Shown piece after piece: positions 36,042 through 45,440 of a DNA stretch of 64,000 nt. Both the position numbers and the translations under genes were made by a program. The number at the start of each line of letters is the position of its first letter. The first letter of the stretch is position 1. The notes under the pieces are model-generated. The model had not been told where the DNA came from. It did no database searches and saw only the letters and a program-made list of their open reading frames with translations. Source of the stretch: an uncultured Candidatus Saccharibacteria bacterium (GTDB taxonomy: Bacteria > Patescibacteriota > Doudnabacteria > UBA920); contig CAYTCJ010000001.1 of assembly GCA_964436545.1 (NCBI GenBank), positions 78,392 to 142,391 on the forward strand, in the 5' to 3' direction.

Positions 36042-36665
36042 ATGAGCCTATTTTTCCCCAAACAGCCGGAATTTTTTAAGAATTTGCATGAGTTAAACCA
36101 TCATTTACAGGCCATAGTAAAACTTTTTTCTCGGTTTGCTCAAGAGTTTAACAATTTTAGTGAATTTTCCAAACGAGCTTCGGAAATTGAACATTTGGGC
36201 GACGAAAAAACCCACGAAATTATTACCCAACTAAACACCAGCTTTATGACTCCCATAGACCGGGAGGATATTTATTTGTTAGCTCACCAGTTAGATGACA
36301 TTATAGATTTAGTGGAAAACATAATTCATAACGTGCAACTTTACGGGGTGGAGAAGAAATTTTTTGGCTTGGAAGCTTTTGCTCCGCTTATGCTTCAGGC
36401 TGGGGAAGAAATGGGTAAAATGCTAACGGTTATGGAAAAATTAAAGCACACGTCCGAATTAGTAGAAGTAAAAATTAGAATTCATAATTTGGAAGACGAG
36501 GCGGACAAAATTTTTACCGAGGCGATTAGTAAATTATTTAATTCGGAAACCAACCCCATTACGGTAATTAAAATTAAAGACTTACTGGAAAATTTGGAAC
36601 AAGTGTTAGATAAGTTTCAGAATGTTTGCAACATTATTGAAGGGATTGTGGTTAAAGCAGGGTAG
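36042..36665 (+). CDS. DUF47 / PhoU-like phosphate transport regulator homolog
   Basis: 207 aa helical protein adjacent to pit (as B. subtilis ykaA sits beside pit); helical-repeat pattern. Confidence 0.55.
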   Translation: MSLFFPKQPEFFKNLHELNHHLQAIVKLFSRFAQEFNNFSEFSKRASEIEHLGDEKTHEIITQLNTSFMTPIDREDIYLLAHQLDDIIDLVENIIHNVQLYGVEKKFFGLEAFAPLMLQAGEEMGKMLTVMEKLKHTSELVEVKIRIHNLEDEADKIFTEAISKLFNSETNPITVIKIKDLLENLEQVLDKFQNVCNIIEGIVVKAG

Positions 36666-36676
36666 GGCTTACAACT

Positions 36677-37669
36677 ATGGAGCACATTACGCTGTTTATT
36701 ATCTTTATTATTTTTATTGCGTTAGCTTTTGATTTTACCAATGGCATTCACGACGCGGCTAATTCGGTAGCCACCATTGTATCTACCCGCGTCTTAAGTC
36801 CGCGTCAGGCAGTGGCTTGGGCGGCTTTTTTTAATTTTATCGCTTTTTTAGTGTTTGGTACTTCGGTGGCCAAAACCATTGGGAAAGGGCTAATTGATAT
36901 TGCTGTGGTGACTCCGGCAGTGGTTTTAGCCGGATTGTTAGGCGCCATTCTATGGAATTTAATGACTTGGTATTTGGGTTTGCCCACCAGTTCCTCTCAC
37001 GCGCTAATTGGCGGGTATGTGGGTTCGGCTGTGGCCAAAGGCGGGTTGAAGGTAATTTTGTGGGCAGGCTGGACCAAAACTTTGGTGTTTATTGTGTTTG
37101 CGCCTTTAATTGGGTTTTTTCTGGCTTATCTTTTTATTATTATCACTTCTTGGGTGTTGTACAAGCGTCAAGCTTCTCCCACTCCGGTGAACGTGTGGTC
37201 AAAACGGTTGCAATTGGTTTCCGCAGCCCTGTATTCTTTAGGCCATGGGGGCAATGACGCGCAAAAAACCATGGGGATCATTACCAGTTTATTGGTTTCT
37301 GCCGGAGTTTTATCGACTTTTAAAATTCCGCTGTGGGTGGTGCTTTCTGCCCACGGGGCCATGGGACTAGGGACTTTACTGGGCGGATGGCGCATTGTTA
37401 AGACCATGGGGCAGAAAATAGTAAAATTAAGACCCATAGATGGCGTGTGCGCGGAAACGGCCAGTGCGATTAGTTTGTTTATTTCCACTCATTTTGGCGT
37501 GCCGGTGTCCACCACGCACGTGATTACCGGAGCCATTTCCGGCGTGGGTGCCAGCCGAAGACTGTCTGCGGTTCGTTGGCATGTGGCTTTCAAAATTTTG
37601 TGGGCATGGGTGCTTACCATTCCTTGCGCAGCTGTAATGGGGTTTGTGTTATATTGGGTAAGTCATTAG
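36677..37669 (+). CDS. pit: Inorganic phosphate transporter, PiT (PHO4) family
   Basis: GIHDAANSVAT and GGNDAQKTMGII paired motifs; about 10 TM helices. Confidence 0.8.
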   Translation: MEHITLFIIFIIFIALAFDFTNGIHDAANSVATIVSTRVLSPRQAVAWAAFFNFIAFLVFGTSVAKTIGKGLIDIAVVTPAVVLAGLLGAILWNLMTWYLGLPTSSSHALIGGYVGSAVAKGGLKVILWAGWTKTLVFIVFAPLIGFFLAYLFIIITSWVLYKRQASPTPVNVWSKRLQLVSAALYSLGHGGNDAQKTMGIITSLLVSAGVLSTFKIPLWVVLSAHGAMGLGTLLGGWRIVKTMGQKIVKLRPIDGVCAETASAISLFISTHFGVPVSTTHVITGAISGVGASRRLSAVRWHVAFKILWAWVLTIPCAAVMGFVLYWVSH

Positions 37670-37685
37670 CCTTGGGAGCCTAATT

Positions 37686-38240
37686 GTGCAAAAACAGATT
37701 ACTTATCAACATCAAACTCTGCCTTATTGTTTAAAGGTGAGTAGTAGAGCAAAACGGATGCGGTTAAGCGTGGCGTGCGACGCTTCGGTCACTTTAACTC
37801 TGCCTAGGGGAATGGATTTTTGCGTGGCGGAAAAGTTTTTACAAAAGAAGTTAAATTGGGTAGTTAAAGCTTTGGAAAAATTTAAGCTCATTTCACACCG
37901 GATACTGCCGAAATCCAGCCGACGTGAATATTTGCATTACAAACAGCAGGCTTTTAAGTTAGCGGTGGCTAAGGTGCAAGCCTTAAACCAACATTACGGG
38001 TTTGAGTACAAACACATTCGCATCAGAAACCAAAAAACTCGGTGGGGGAGTTGCAGTCGAAAAGGCAATTTAAATTTTAATTATAAAATTGTTTTTTTAC
38101 CCGAAGACCAACTGAATTATTTGGTGGTGCATGAGCTGTGCCATTTGAAAGAGTTTAATCATTCTCCGGCGTTTTGGCGGTTGGTGGCAGAGACCATTCC
38201 CAATTATCGCCACTTAAGAAAACTCCTGCATACCTGGTAA
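37686..38240 (+). CDS. YgjP-like metal-dependent hydrolase (DUF45, WLM/SprT-like)
   Basis: HExxH in VVHELCHLKEFNHSPAFW; typical 180-aa length. Confidence 0.7.
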   Translation: MQKQITYQHQTLPYCLKVSSRAKRMRLSVACDASVTLTLPRGMDFCVAEKFLQKKLNWVVKALEKFKLISHRILPKSSRREYLHYKQQAFKLAVAKVQALNQHYGFEYKHIRIRNQKTRWGSCSRKGNLNFNYKIVFLPEDQLNYLVVHELCHLKEFNHSPAFWRLVAETIPNYRHLRKLLHTW

Positions 38241-38309
38241 CCATTCGCGCGCTTGCCCGCCTCTGGAGGGAATGGTTACCAGATTACAATAGTAGTTTTT
38301 TGATATTTT

Positions 38310-38510
38310 ATGAACGGACAACTGAGAGACAATATTAGCATAGGTTTAGAAGTGGAAGTGGTTTTAAAAGCCCACCAAAAAACCGGGCAATTAACCCGGG
38401 GGAAGGTTCTGGAAATTTTAACGAATTCCGCTTTTCATCCGCATGGCATTAAGGTAAGGTTAGCTTCCGGTCAGGTGGGTAGAGTTCAGCACATCATCAA
38501 TCAAAAATAG
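38310..38510 (+). CDS. YwbE-like small protein (DUF2196)
   Basis: GKVLEILTNSAFHPHGIKVRLASGQVGRVQHI matches the YwbE family. Confidence 0.55.
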   Translation: MNGQLRDNISIGLEVEVVLKAHQKTGQLTRGKVLEILTNSAFHPHGIKVRLASGQVGRVQHIINQK

Positions 38511-38511
38511 A

Positions 38512-39915
38512 TTACCTGGAAAAAGATTTTTTAAAAGCCCTGCCGAACCTCGGACGACCGAATCGTGAAAAAGGATTGGGTTTTTTTCGGGCGCCAAAAC
38601 CGGAACGGGAACGGTTAAAACGACCATTGGTAAGCCGTTCGTTATTTTCCGAATGGGTAGGGGAGTCAAATTTTTTGTAAATCGGTTTGGGGGTAGCGGA
38701 ATTGTTAAGGCCCAGCGGAGGCGTTTGGTTAAACGGTGCTCGGTAACTTGGTCGGTGAGCGGAAAAATTTTTAAACGGCGCAACCGGTCTAGAGGAAGCC
38801 AAGTTTTTGGTGGGCAGTTGTTTTTTAATTAAACGTTCAATGTTCCAGACATCGCGTTTTTGGTCTAAGGTAGCCAAAGAAATGGCATGGCCGGCTTGTT
38901 CGGCTCTGCCGGTTCGGCCGATTCTATGCACATAGTCGCTGGCTTGTTCGGGTAAATCGTAATTAATTACCAATTCAATGCCACTTACGTCCAGGCCACG
39001 AGCGGCAATATCGGTTGCCACTAAGACGCGGTATTTGCCCAGCTTAAAGCCTCGCAAAGCTTCTAACCTTTGACTTAAAGATTTGTTGGAATGGATTTCG
39101 GTGGCTGTAAATTTTTGTAATTTTAATTCGCCGGCAATTTTTCTGGCTCCGTGTTTGGTACGGGAAAAAACCAAAGTACTGCCTTTGTATTCATTTAAAA
39201 TTTTCAACAATTCCGGCATTTTACCTTGTCGGTCCACAAAAATTATTTCTTGAGTCACTTTGCTGGCAGTGGAGCCGGCCGGTGCCACTTCCACTCGCAC
39301 CGGTAGCTTCATATAAGTGGAAGCGATTTTAACAATTTCCGGGTCCATGGTGGCGGAAAAGAGCATGGTCTGTCTTTCCTTGGGTACGTGGTTTAAAATT
39401 TGTTTCAATTGGGGGGCAAAACCCATATCTAACATTCTATCGGCTTCGTCTAAAACTAAAATGCCAATATCGGCTAAGCCAATACTTTTTTGTTCTAAGT
39501 GGTCAATGAGTCTTCCGGGGGTGGCAATAATTACGTGGGGCCGGTTTCTTAAAGCATACATTTGGCGAGAGATGGCTTCGCCCCCAATTAATACGGCGGT
39601 TTTTAAGCCTAAGCTTCTGCCTAAATTTTGCAAGGCTTCGTTAACTTGAATGGCTAATTCGCGGGTAGGTAATAAAACGAGGCCTTTAAATTTATTTTGC
39701 GCAATTCTTTGGAGCATGGGCACGCCAAAACCTAAGGTTTTGCCTGTACCCGTTTGAGCAATACCCATAACGTCTTTGCCTTCTATGGCAATGGGTATGG
39801 CTTGCAGTTGAATGGGAGTAGGGGTTTTAAAGCCTTTATGAGTAAGAATTTCTAACAGCTTAGGCGCAATGCCTAGGCCGTGAAAGGAAGTTTCGTTGTT
39901 ATTTATTGGGGTCAA
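38512..39915 (-). CDS. DEAD-box ATP-dependent RNA helicase with RG-rich C-terminal tail
   Basis: AQTGTGKT, PTRELA, DEAD, SAT and HRIGRTGR motifs. Confidence 0.95.
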   Translation of the reverse strand: MTPINNNETSFHGLGIAPKLLEILTHKGFKTPTPIQLQAIPIAIEGKDVMGIAQTGTGKTLGFGVPMLQRIAQNKFKGLVLLPTRELAIQVNEALQNLGRSLGLKTAVLIGGEAISRQMYALRNRPHVIIATPGRLIDHLEQKSIGLADIGILVLDEADRMLDMGFAPQLKQILNHVPKERQTMLFSATMDPEIVKIASTYMKLPVRVEVAPAGSTASKVTQEIIFVDRQGKMPELLKILNEYKGSTLVFSRTKHGARKIAGELKLQKFTATEIHSNKSLSQRLEALRGFKLGKYRVLVATDIAARGLDVSGIELVINYDLPEQASDYVHRIGRTGRAEQAGHAISLATLDQKRDVWNIERLIKKQLPTKNLASSRPVAPFKNFSAHRPSYRAPFNQTPPLGLNNSATPKPIYKKFDSPTHSENNERLTNGRFNRSRSGFGARKKPNPFSRFGRPRFGRAFKKSFSR

Positions 39916-39964
39916 TTGATAGGGGTTAAAACTAAGATTATAATTATATCACAATCCTTTTATT

Positions 39965-40648
39965 TTGTCAATTATCGATTCTATAAGAATGAATAAAAGG
40001 TGTGATATAATATTTAGGTTAAAAATTAAATACACATTAATGGAAAATACACATCAACATCATGAACAGCTCCCCGGTGGAGTGCAAAAAGTTTTTTTGG
40101 TTTGGGTAGGCGTGTTAGCTTTAAGTTTTGGGTTTGCGTTTTTGGTTGGTCAACAAGTGCTCAGAATGAGCGCAAATGATCCGCAAACCGAAATTATGGC
40201 AAGTTTTTACGAAAGTTTAAGCCAAGGTCAGGATCCCAGTTTGTTTGGTTCTATTCCGCCGGTGGATATGGCTAAAGATTTAACGCCTTTTGTAAATATT
40301 TACGATAGCGAAGGTAAGTTTGTAGCCGGTAACGGACAATTAGATGGGGCCAACCCCAGTCCGCTTAAAGGGAGTTTGGCCACAGCCAAGCAAAAAGGTG
40401 AAGTGTATTTTACTTGGTCACCTAAGGCAGGAGTAAGAATTGCCACTATTTTAAAACCTTACAAAGCAGGTGAGAAAGAAGGTTATATTTTAACCGGTAA
40501 ATCTTTAAAAATCGCTCAAGGGAGAATTGCCAATTTAATGAAGATTGCTGTATTGGGTTTTGTGGTTTCGGTTTTAGTATTGTGGGTTGTGTTAAATTTG
40601 TTAGGATATACCAAACATACATTGCCACATAAAGCTGGCCATGTTTAA
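39965..40648 (+). CDS. Hypothetical membrane-anchored protein (probable start at ATG 40040)
   Basis: TM helices near the N- and C-termini with a soluble middle region; no recognisable family. Confidence 0.35.
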   Translation: MSIIDSIRMNKRCDIIFRLKIKYTLMENTHQHHEQLPGGVQKVFLVWVGVLALSFGFAFLVGQQVLRMSANDPQTEIMASFYESLSQGQDPSLFGSIPPVDMAKDLTPFVNIYDSEGKFVAGNGQLDGANPSPLKGSLATAKQKGEVYFTWSPKAGVRIATILKPYKAGEKEGYILTGKSLKIAQGRIANLMKIAVLGFVVSVLVLWVVLNLLGYTKHTLPHKAGHV

Positions 40649-40703
40649 GGAATAAGTTTCAGTTAATAACTAAAAGCCTGGCATAGCCAGGCTTTTAGTA
40701 TAT

Positions 40704-41321
40704 TTAAGATGATCTCGTCATGAGCTGTTTTAAAGCCACTTTAAGTCTTTTTTCGTATTCAGATATTCTTGCCTTAACGGTGTTTATGTTTATTTTCTCA
40801 TCTTCTGCAATTTCTTCATAACTCATACCCTCCTGTTTTTTTAATTGGTATAATTTTATAGTGTATAAAAGATAAGTTTTTTTCACCCCGTGAGGGTCAT
40901 GAGTTATTTTGTTGAGTAACTCCCGATTGGCTTTTTCTAGTAAGTCTTTTGCTATTAATCCTTGGTCAAAATTTCTAGGAGGGTGAGGGATGGCATCTAA
41001 ATTATTTTCTTGATTAACATCTACAATTCGTTGATGAGGTCTGCTGGCACGAATGGCATCTATGGCGGTATGATTGACAATTGTAATAAGCCAACCTATT
41101 AAATTTTGTTTATCTTGTTGTGTAGATATGTTTGCCGTTGCTTTAAGTAAGGCTGTTTGGATAATATCTTCAGCTTGTTCGATTAATAAGCGGTTTCCCC
41201 GAAATTTTTTTTTAATATGAGTGAGCAGTAATTTTCTAAGCTCCGGAGAGTTAATGAAATCAATTAGTTCTATTGGATTAATTTTTTCAGGAACTAAAAA
41301 TCTCTGATCTGGGTTAGTCAT
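40704..41321 (-). CDS. Sigma-70 family (ECF-type) RNA polymerase sigma factor; start trimmed to avoid overlap with glnA
   Basis: Region 2 (AEDIIQTALLKA, LIGWLITIVNHTAIDAIR) and region 4 HTH (MSYEEIAEDEKININTVKARI). Confidence 0.65.
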   Translation of the reverse strand: MTNPDQRFLVPEKINPIELIDFINSPELRKLLLTHIKKKFRGNRLLIEQAEDIIQTALLKATANISTQQDKQNLIGWLITIVNHTAIDAIRASRPHQRIVDVNQENNLDAIPHPPRNFDQGLIAKDLLEKANRELLNKITHDPHGVKKTYLLYTIKLYQLKKQEGMSYEEIAEDEKININTVKARISEYEKRLKVALKQLMTRSS

Positions 41322-41346
41322 ATTTGCCAAGAAGAGTTTTAAATTA

Positions 41347-42423
41347 TTAGGCTTCGGGTTTAAAATTTTCCCAGTGGTATTTGTCGGGGTTAAAGCCTTC
41401 TCCACAAGTGGTTTCAATAAGCGCCGTGGCAATTTGGTAGGGGTCTAAGTTGGCAGCGGGGCGCCTGTCTTCCAAATAACCTTTTTTAGCATTGGCAGTG
41501 GCCATGGGGATTCTAATGCTCGCGCCTCTATCGGAAACGCCATAGCGGAATTGTTTATAACTGCAAGTTTCGTGTTTGCCGGTTAAGCGTTTGTCGTTGT
41601 TGGCGCCATACACGCGCATGTGGGCGTTATGAAATTTGCCCAGTTGTTCACAGGCTTTATTAATCACTTCCAGTCCGCCATCTTGGCGCATGGCTTTGGT
41701 GGAAAAATTGGTATGGCCACCGGCGCCATTCCAATCGCCAGTCATGGGTTTGGGGTCCAGTTTGGCATACATTTCAAAATCTTCGCCATGGCGATATAAA
41801 ATCCAACGTGCCAGCCACAACTGGTCGCCGGCTTCCAAAGGCGGAAGTACGCCAATTTGAAATTCCCACTGCGCCGGCATGACTTCGGCATTAATGCCGG
41901 AAATGGCAAAGCCGGCTTTTAAACAATCTTTTAAATGGGCTTCTACAAGTCTTCGGCCATAGACTTCGTCGCTACCCACTCCGCAATAATATTTGCCTTG
42001 CGGGTGAGGAAAACCGTCTTTAGGCCAGCCATAGGGCCAATCTTTGCGGTAGAGGGTGTATTCTTGCTCAAAGCCAAACCAAGGTTCGTGTTCTTGATAT
42101 TTTTCCGCCACTTGTCTAAGCACACTGCGGGTGTTAGTGGGGTGGGGAGTGCCGTCGGCATTTAAGACTTCGCACATGACTAAAATGTTAGGCTCTCCCC
42201 GAATCGGGTCGGGCATAAAATACACCGGACGCAAAGCGCAGTCGGAAAAATGACCTTCGGCTTGTTCGGTGCTACTGCCGTCAAAACCCCAATCGGGGAT
42301 GTCTTTAACTTCTCTTACTGGGCCATCTAAAACTTTGGTTTTGGAACGGAGTTTGGCAGTGGGTTTTTTGCCATCCATCCAAATATATTCTGCAAAAATT
42401 TTTGCCATATATTTTTTTGCCAA
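41347..42423 (-). CDS. glnA: Glutamine synthetase, type II (eukaryote-like)
   Basis: Collinear with GSII: DWGFDGSSTEQAEG, PWFGFEQEYTL, NAEVMPAQWEFQIG, GNWNGAGGHTNFSTKAMR. Confidence 0.9.
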   Translation of the reverse strand: MAKKYMAKIFAEYIWMDGKKPTAKLRSKTKVLDGPVREVKDIPDWGFDGSSTEQAEGHFSDCALRPVYFMPDPIRGEPNILVMCEVLNADGTPHPTNTRSVLRQVAEKYQEHEPWFGFEQEYTLYRKDWPYGWPKDGFPHPQGKYYCGVGSDEVYGRRLVEAHLKDCLKAGFAISGINAEVMPAQWEFQIGVLPPLEAGDQLWLARWILYRHGEDFEMYAKLDPKPMTGDWNGAGGHTNFSTKAMRQDGGLEVINKACEQLGKFHNAHMRVYGANNDKRLTGKHETCSYKQFRYGVSDRGASIRIPMATANAKKGYLEDRRPAANLDPYQIATALIETTCGEGFNPDKYHWENFKPEA

Positions 42424-42795
42424 ACTTCAAAAAAGTGAAGTTATTACCAAAAGTTTAAGGGTTGTTTAAATTTAGCCTTGGGTTTTTGGTATCTAAACTT
42501 TGCTTTTTAGAATTTTAACAATAGAATTCACAGGACTGCATGTTTTAGCTAGGGCAAAGCCCTAAGCTTTAAAACATGCATTTAGCCAATTACTTCGTTA
42601 TTTTGCTACGCTTTTTGTCGCCGTATGATGCATACGTCTCCAAAAATTCTCGCAAAATGTCTTGTTCTTGACTAAACCTGTAAATTCTAAATTAATTTTT
42701 TATATTTTTAATATAGCAAATTTTTCGGAAAAAAAGGTGTGGACAAAGGGGGTGGTAAGTTGTAAGTTGGTAAGCGAGTAAGTAAATAAGCAGGT

Positions 42796-42840
42796 AAGAA
42801 AATAAGAAAAGCGCGCCGGTGGATGGTACCGGCGCGCGGG
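42796..42840 (-). terminator. Intrinsic terminator on the minus strand (GC hairpin plus U-run)
   Basis: Minus strand reads GCGCGCCGGUACCAUCCACCGGCGCGC followed by UUUUCUUAUUUUCUU. Confidence 0.6.
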
Positions 42841-42849
42841 AAAGCTTGA

Positions 42850-43047
42850 TCACTTGCGCGGAAAGCACTCGTGATCGGCTCGCCCCGCCCACTCAACGGT
42901 GGGCGACGGTTGTTTCGGGGGTTCCGCCGGCGGTCGCACCGGCGGGCGGGGGTGCTCAAGTGAGCAACCCCCTGAAGTGGTGGGGGTGGGCAGGGCGTCG
43001 GCCGCATGGCGGTCGACCTCCGGCCCGTGAGGATCCCATTCTTGCAT
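42850..43047 (-). CDS. GC-rich small ORF (65 aa, Pro-rich) with consensus RBS; an alternative reading is a structured RNA
   Basis: AAAGGAGGATACC-ATG RBS, ORF spans a sharply GC-rich segment, and an intrinsic terminator follows immediately. Confidence 0.35.
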   Translation of the reverse strand: MQEWDPHGPEVDRHAADALPTPTTSGGCSLEHPRPPVRPPAEPPKQPSPTVEWAGRADHECFPRK

Positions 43048-43286
43048 GGTATCCTCCTTTCAAGGAGGAGTTTAAAGGAAAGCTGGGAAAATTGTCAAAT
43101 CTTAATGATAGTTTAAAGAAATAATGTTTTGCAATTTATTATATAGAAAATGGATTCCAGATCCATCCACCAGATGGCGGACGGGATGACAAGACAGAAT
43201 TTATCAGACCAATATGACCAATACGTCTGATGGCGTAGTTTGTGTGTTATAATATTCAATATCCAAATAATTAAACTAGACCACCA

Positions 43287-43931
43287 ATGAATAATTCCAT
43301 GCAAGAGAACCATAACCTAAATTCCAATCACGGGCCCATAGCTGCCAGTTTGTATGTGGCGTTTCAAATTATTGCCAATGTCTTGGCAGTTAAAATCGCC
43401 CTCATTCCGTTTACGACTTGGGCAGTGGCCGGCGGAACCATTATTTATCCGTTTACTTTTACCTTGCGAGATTTTGTGCACAAGACTTTGGGTAAAAAAC
43501 AAGCGCGTCAAATTGTAATTTTGGCTGTCTTGGTAAATGTGGTGATGGCAATTTGTTTAATCTTGGTGGGTAAATTAGCTCCGGCTCCGCAGTGGGGACT
43601 GCAGGAGGCGTATGAAAAAATTCTTTTGCCAGTGGGGAGAATTGCAATTGCCAGCATAATTGCGCAAATGGTTTCGGAGTTGGTAGATACGGAAATATTT
43701 TCTCGGGTGTATAAAAAATTCGGAGATGTGGAAGCGGTTTTAATTTCCAATACCATTGCGTTAGTGATAGATAGTTTGTTGTTTGTAGGAATTGCGTTTT
43801 ATGGCACTTTGCCCGGGGCGGTGTTGTGGCAAATTATTGTGGCGCAATTAGGGGTAAAATTTGTGCTGAGCGTTATTTCTTCGCCCACGGTAAAACTCAT
43901 CCCGAGGCAAGTGGAAATGGAGAAAATATAA
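43287..43931 (+). CDS. Queuosine-precursor transporter (YhhQ/QueT, DUF165/VUT family)
   Basis: 214 aa, about six TM helices, conserved ASLYVAFQIIANVLAVKI and YPFTFTLRDF pattern of the YhhQ family. Confidence 0.6.
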   Translation: MNNSMQENHNLNSNHGPIAASLYVAFQIIANVLAVKIALIPFTTWAVAGGTIIYPFTFTLRDFVHKTLGKKQARQIVILAVLVNVVMAICLILVGKLAPAPQWGLQEAYEKILLPVGRIAIASIIAQMVSELVDTEIFSRVYKKFGDVEAVLISNTIALVIDSLLFVGIAFYGTLPGAVLWQIIVAQLGVKFVLSVISSPTVKLIPRQVEMEKI

Positions 43932-44022
43932 AGCAGATTGCTAATGACTAATGACTAATATCGAATGACAAATTAAATTATTATCTATCGTATTTTATTC
44001 GTCATTGATTGGAAATTAGTAA

Positions 44023-45027
44023 TTAGGTTTTAGACATTGTGCTTGATAAGGTTTTTTGATATTTTTTTAAGCGAGTTTCAATTGCCTCAAAGTCTAAGTT
44101 GGTAAGTTTAAGGGTGCCAAAATCTTCCACACAAAAACTGGCTAAGACCGTGGCTATTTCGCAAGCGGTTTTAATAAAATTTAAAGTGGTATTTTGGTGT
44201 TTGGCAATATAACCCATAAGGGCGCCGGCAAAAACATCGCCGGCGCCGGTGGGGTCTTTAACTTTTTTAAGTTTAACTGCGGGCAAAGAAAAGTGGTTGA
44301 GTTTGGCGTTTTTGCCATTGGCAAAAAATAATGTCATACCTTGGGCGCCTTGCTTAATAATGAGCAAGGGTTTAAGTTTGGGGTTCATGAGTTTATAAAT
44401 TTTTTGCGCGCTGTCAAACAGGTTGGTAGTGTGAGAAAGTTCTTGCGCCTCTGTTTCGTTCAGCGTAAGCAGGTGGACTTGTTTGATGACTTTTAGCAAA
44501 TCGGCCTTGGCAGAGTTTATCCAAAAATTCATGGTGTCCAAACCAATAAATTTTGTCCGCTGGGCCGATTGGATTTGTTTTAAAACTTCCAGTTGCAGTT
44601 TAGGGTGGATATTGCCTAAAAATACATAGGTGGATTGGGCGTGTCTGAAAGTTAGTTCAGGGACAAAGTCGGCAAAGACGCCCAATTCGGTTTTTAGGGT
44701 ATCGCGGTGGTTTAAATCTTTATGGTATTTGCCTTGCCAATGAAAAGTTTTACCCGGTTTTTGCTTTAAGCCGGAAATATCCACTTTGTGTTTTATAAAG
44801 ACGGAGAAATGTTTAAAATCATTGCCTACCACGCCCACAATGGCTGTGGGGGCAAAAAAACCGGAGGCCAAAGCAAAATGGCTGGCGCTCCCGCCTAAGG
44901 TCTTGTGGATTTCGCCAAAGGGCGTAATGATGCTATCGTAGGCAATGGAACCCACGCATAATAGCTTGGAAGGTTGACCTGGAGTTTTTCCCATAATATA
45001 ATTATAGCAGATGATTAGACTTACCAA
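44023..45027 (-). CDS. PfkB-family sugar/nucleoside kinase (second paralog)
   Basis: PfkB signature DPTGAGDVFAGALMGYIA; N-terminal LLCVGSIAYD. Confidence 0.7.
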   Translation of the reverse strand: MVSLIICYNYIMGKTPGQPSKLLCVGSIAYDSIITPFGEIHKTLGGSASHFALASGFFAPTAIVGVVGNDFKHFSVFIKHKVDISGLKQKPGKTFHWQGKYHKDLNHRDTLKTELGVFADFVPELTFRHAQSTYVFLGNIHPKLQLEVLKQIQSAQRTKFIGLDTMNFWINSAKADLLKVIKQVHLLTLNETEAQELSHTTNLFDSAQKIYKLMNPKLKPLLIIKQGAQGMTLFFANGKNAKLNHFSLPAVKLKKVKDPTGAGDVFAGALMGYIAKHQNTTLNFIKTACEIATVLASFCVEDFGTLKLTNLDFEAIETRLKKYQKTLSSTMSKT

Positions 45028-45402
45028 TGAACAATTAATTAAAGTTTCAGATATAGCATCGCAAGTTGGGACAGTGGCTTTTAGTTCTGCGATTTTGCCC
45101 TCGGTTTCTGATTTAAAAGGAGTTTGGATGCTTTTTAGTCTTACTTTTGCCTTTGCTTTATGGTATTGGAGTATAATTATAATAAAAATAACAAAGGAAA
45201 TTTAAAATTATGAAAATAGAATTATTTTATGTGGTTTTAGGAATTGCAGTGTTGGCGATCATTTTGGTTGCCTTGCCGACTTTGCTTGACAAGCGGAAAA
45301 AATAAGCGTAAGCTGGAATTAAGATGAATAAGAAATTAGCCCAAACTGTAGTTATGATGATGCCTTTTGCTACTCGCAAAGGCTAGTTTAGATATTATTT
45401 CT

Positions 45403-45440
45403 AAACCCCGCCCTTTGCAAAGGGCGGGGTTTGTTTTTTA
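45403..45440 (+). terminator. Intrinsic terminator
   Basis: CCCCGCCCTTTGCAAAGGGCGGGG perfect hairpin followed by TTTGTTTTTT. Confidence 0.75.

Noticed and set aside
40704-41432. Full-length 242-aa sigma factor ORF
   Set aside because: Its first 37 codons overlap the 3' end of glnA on the same strand; an internal ATG at 41321 just downstream of the glnA stop is the more plausible start.
42708-43124. ORFs 42708-43007 (minus) and 42819-43124 (plus) in the GC-rich block
   Set aside because: The first reads through the intrinsic terminator. The second lacks an RBS and is antisense to the ORF that has a consensus RBS. Both are artefacts of local GC richness.
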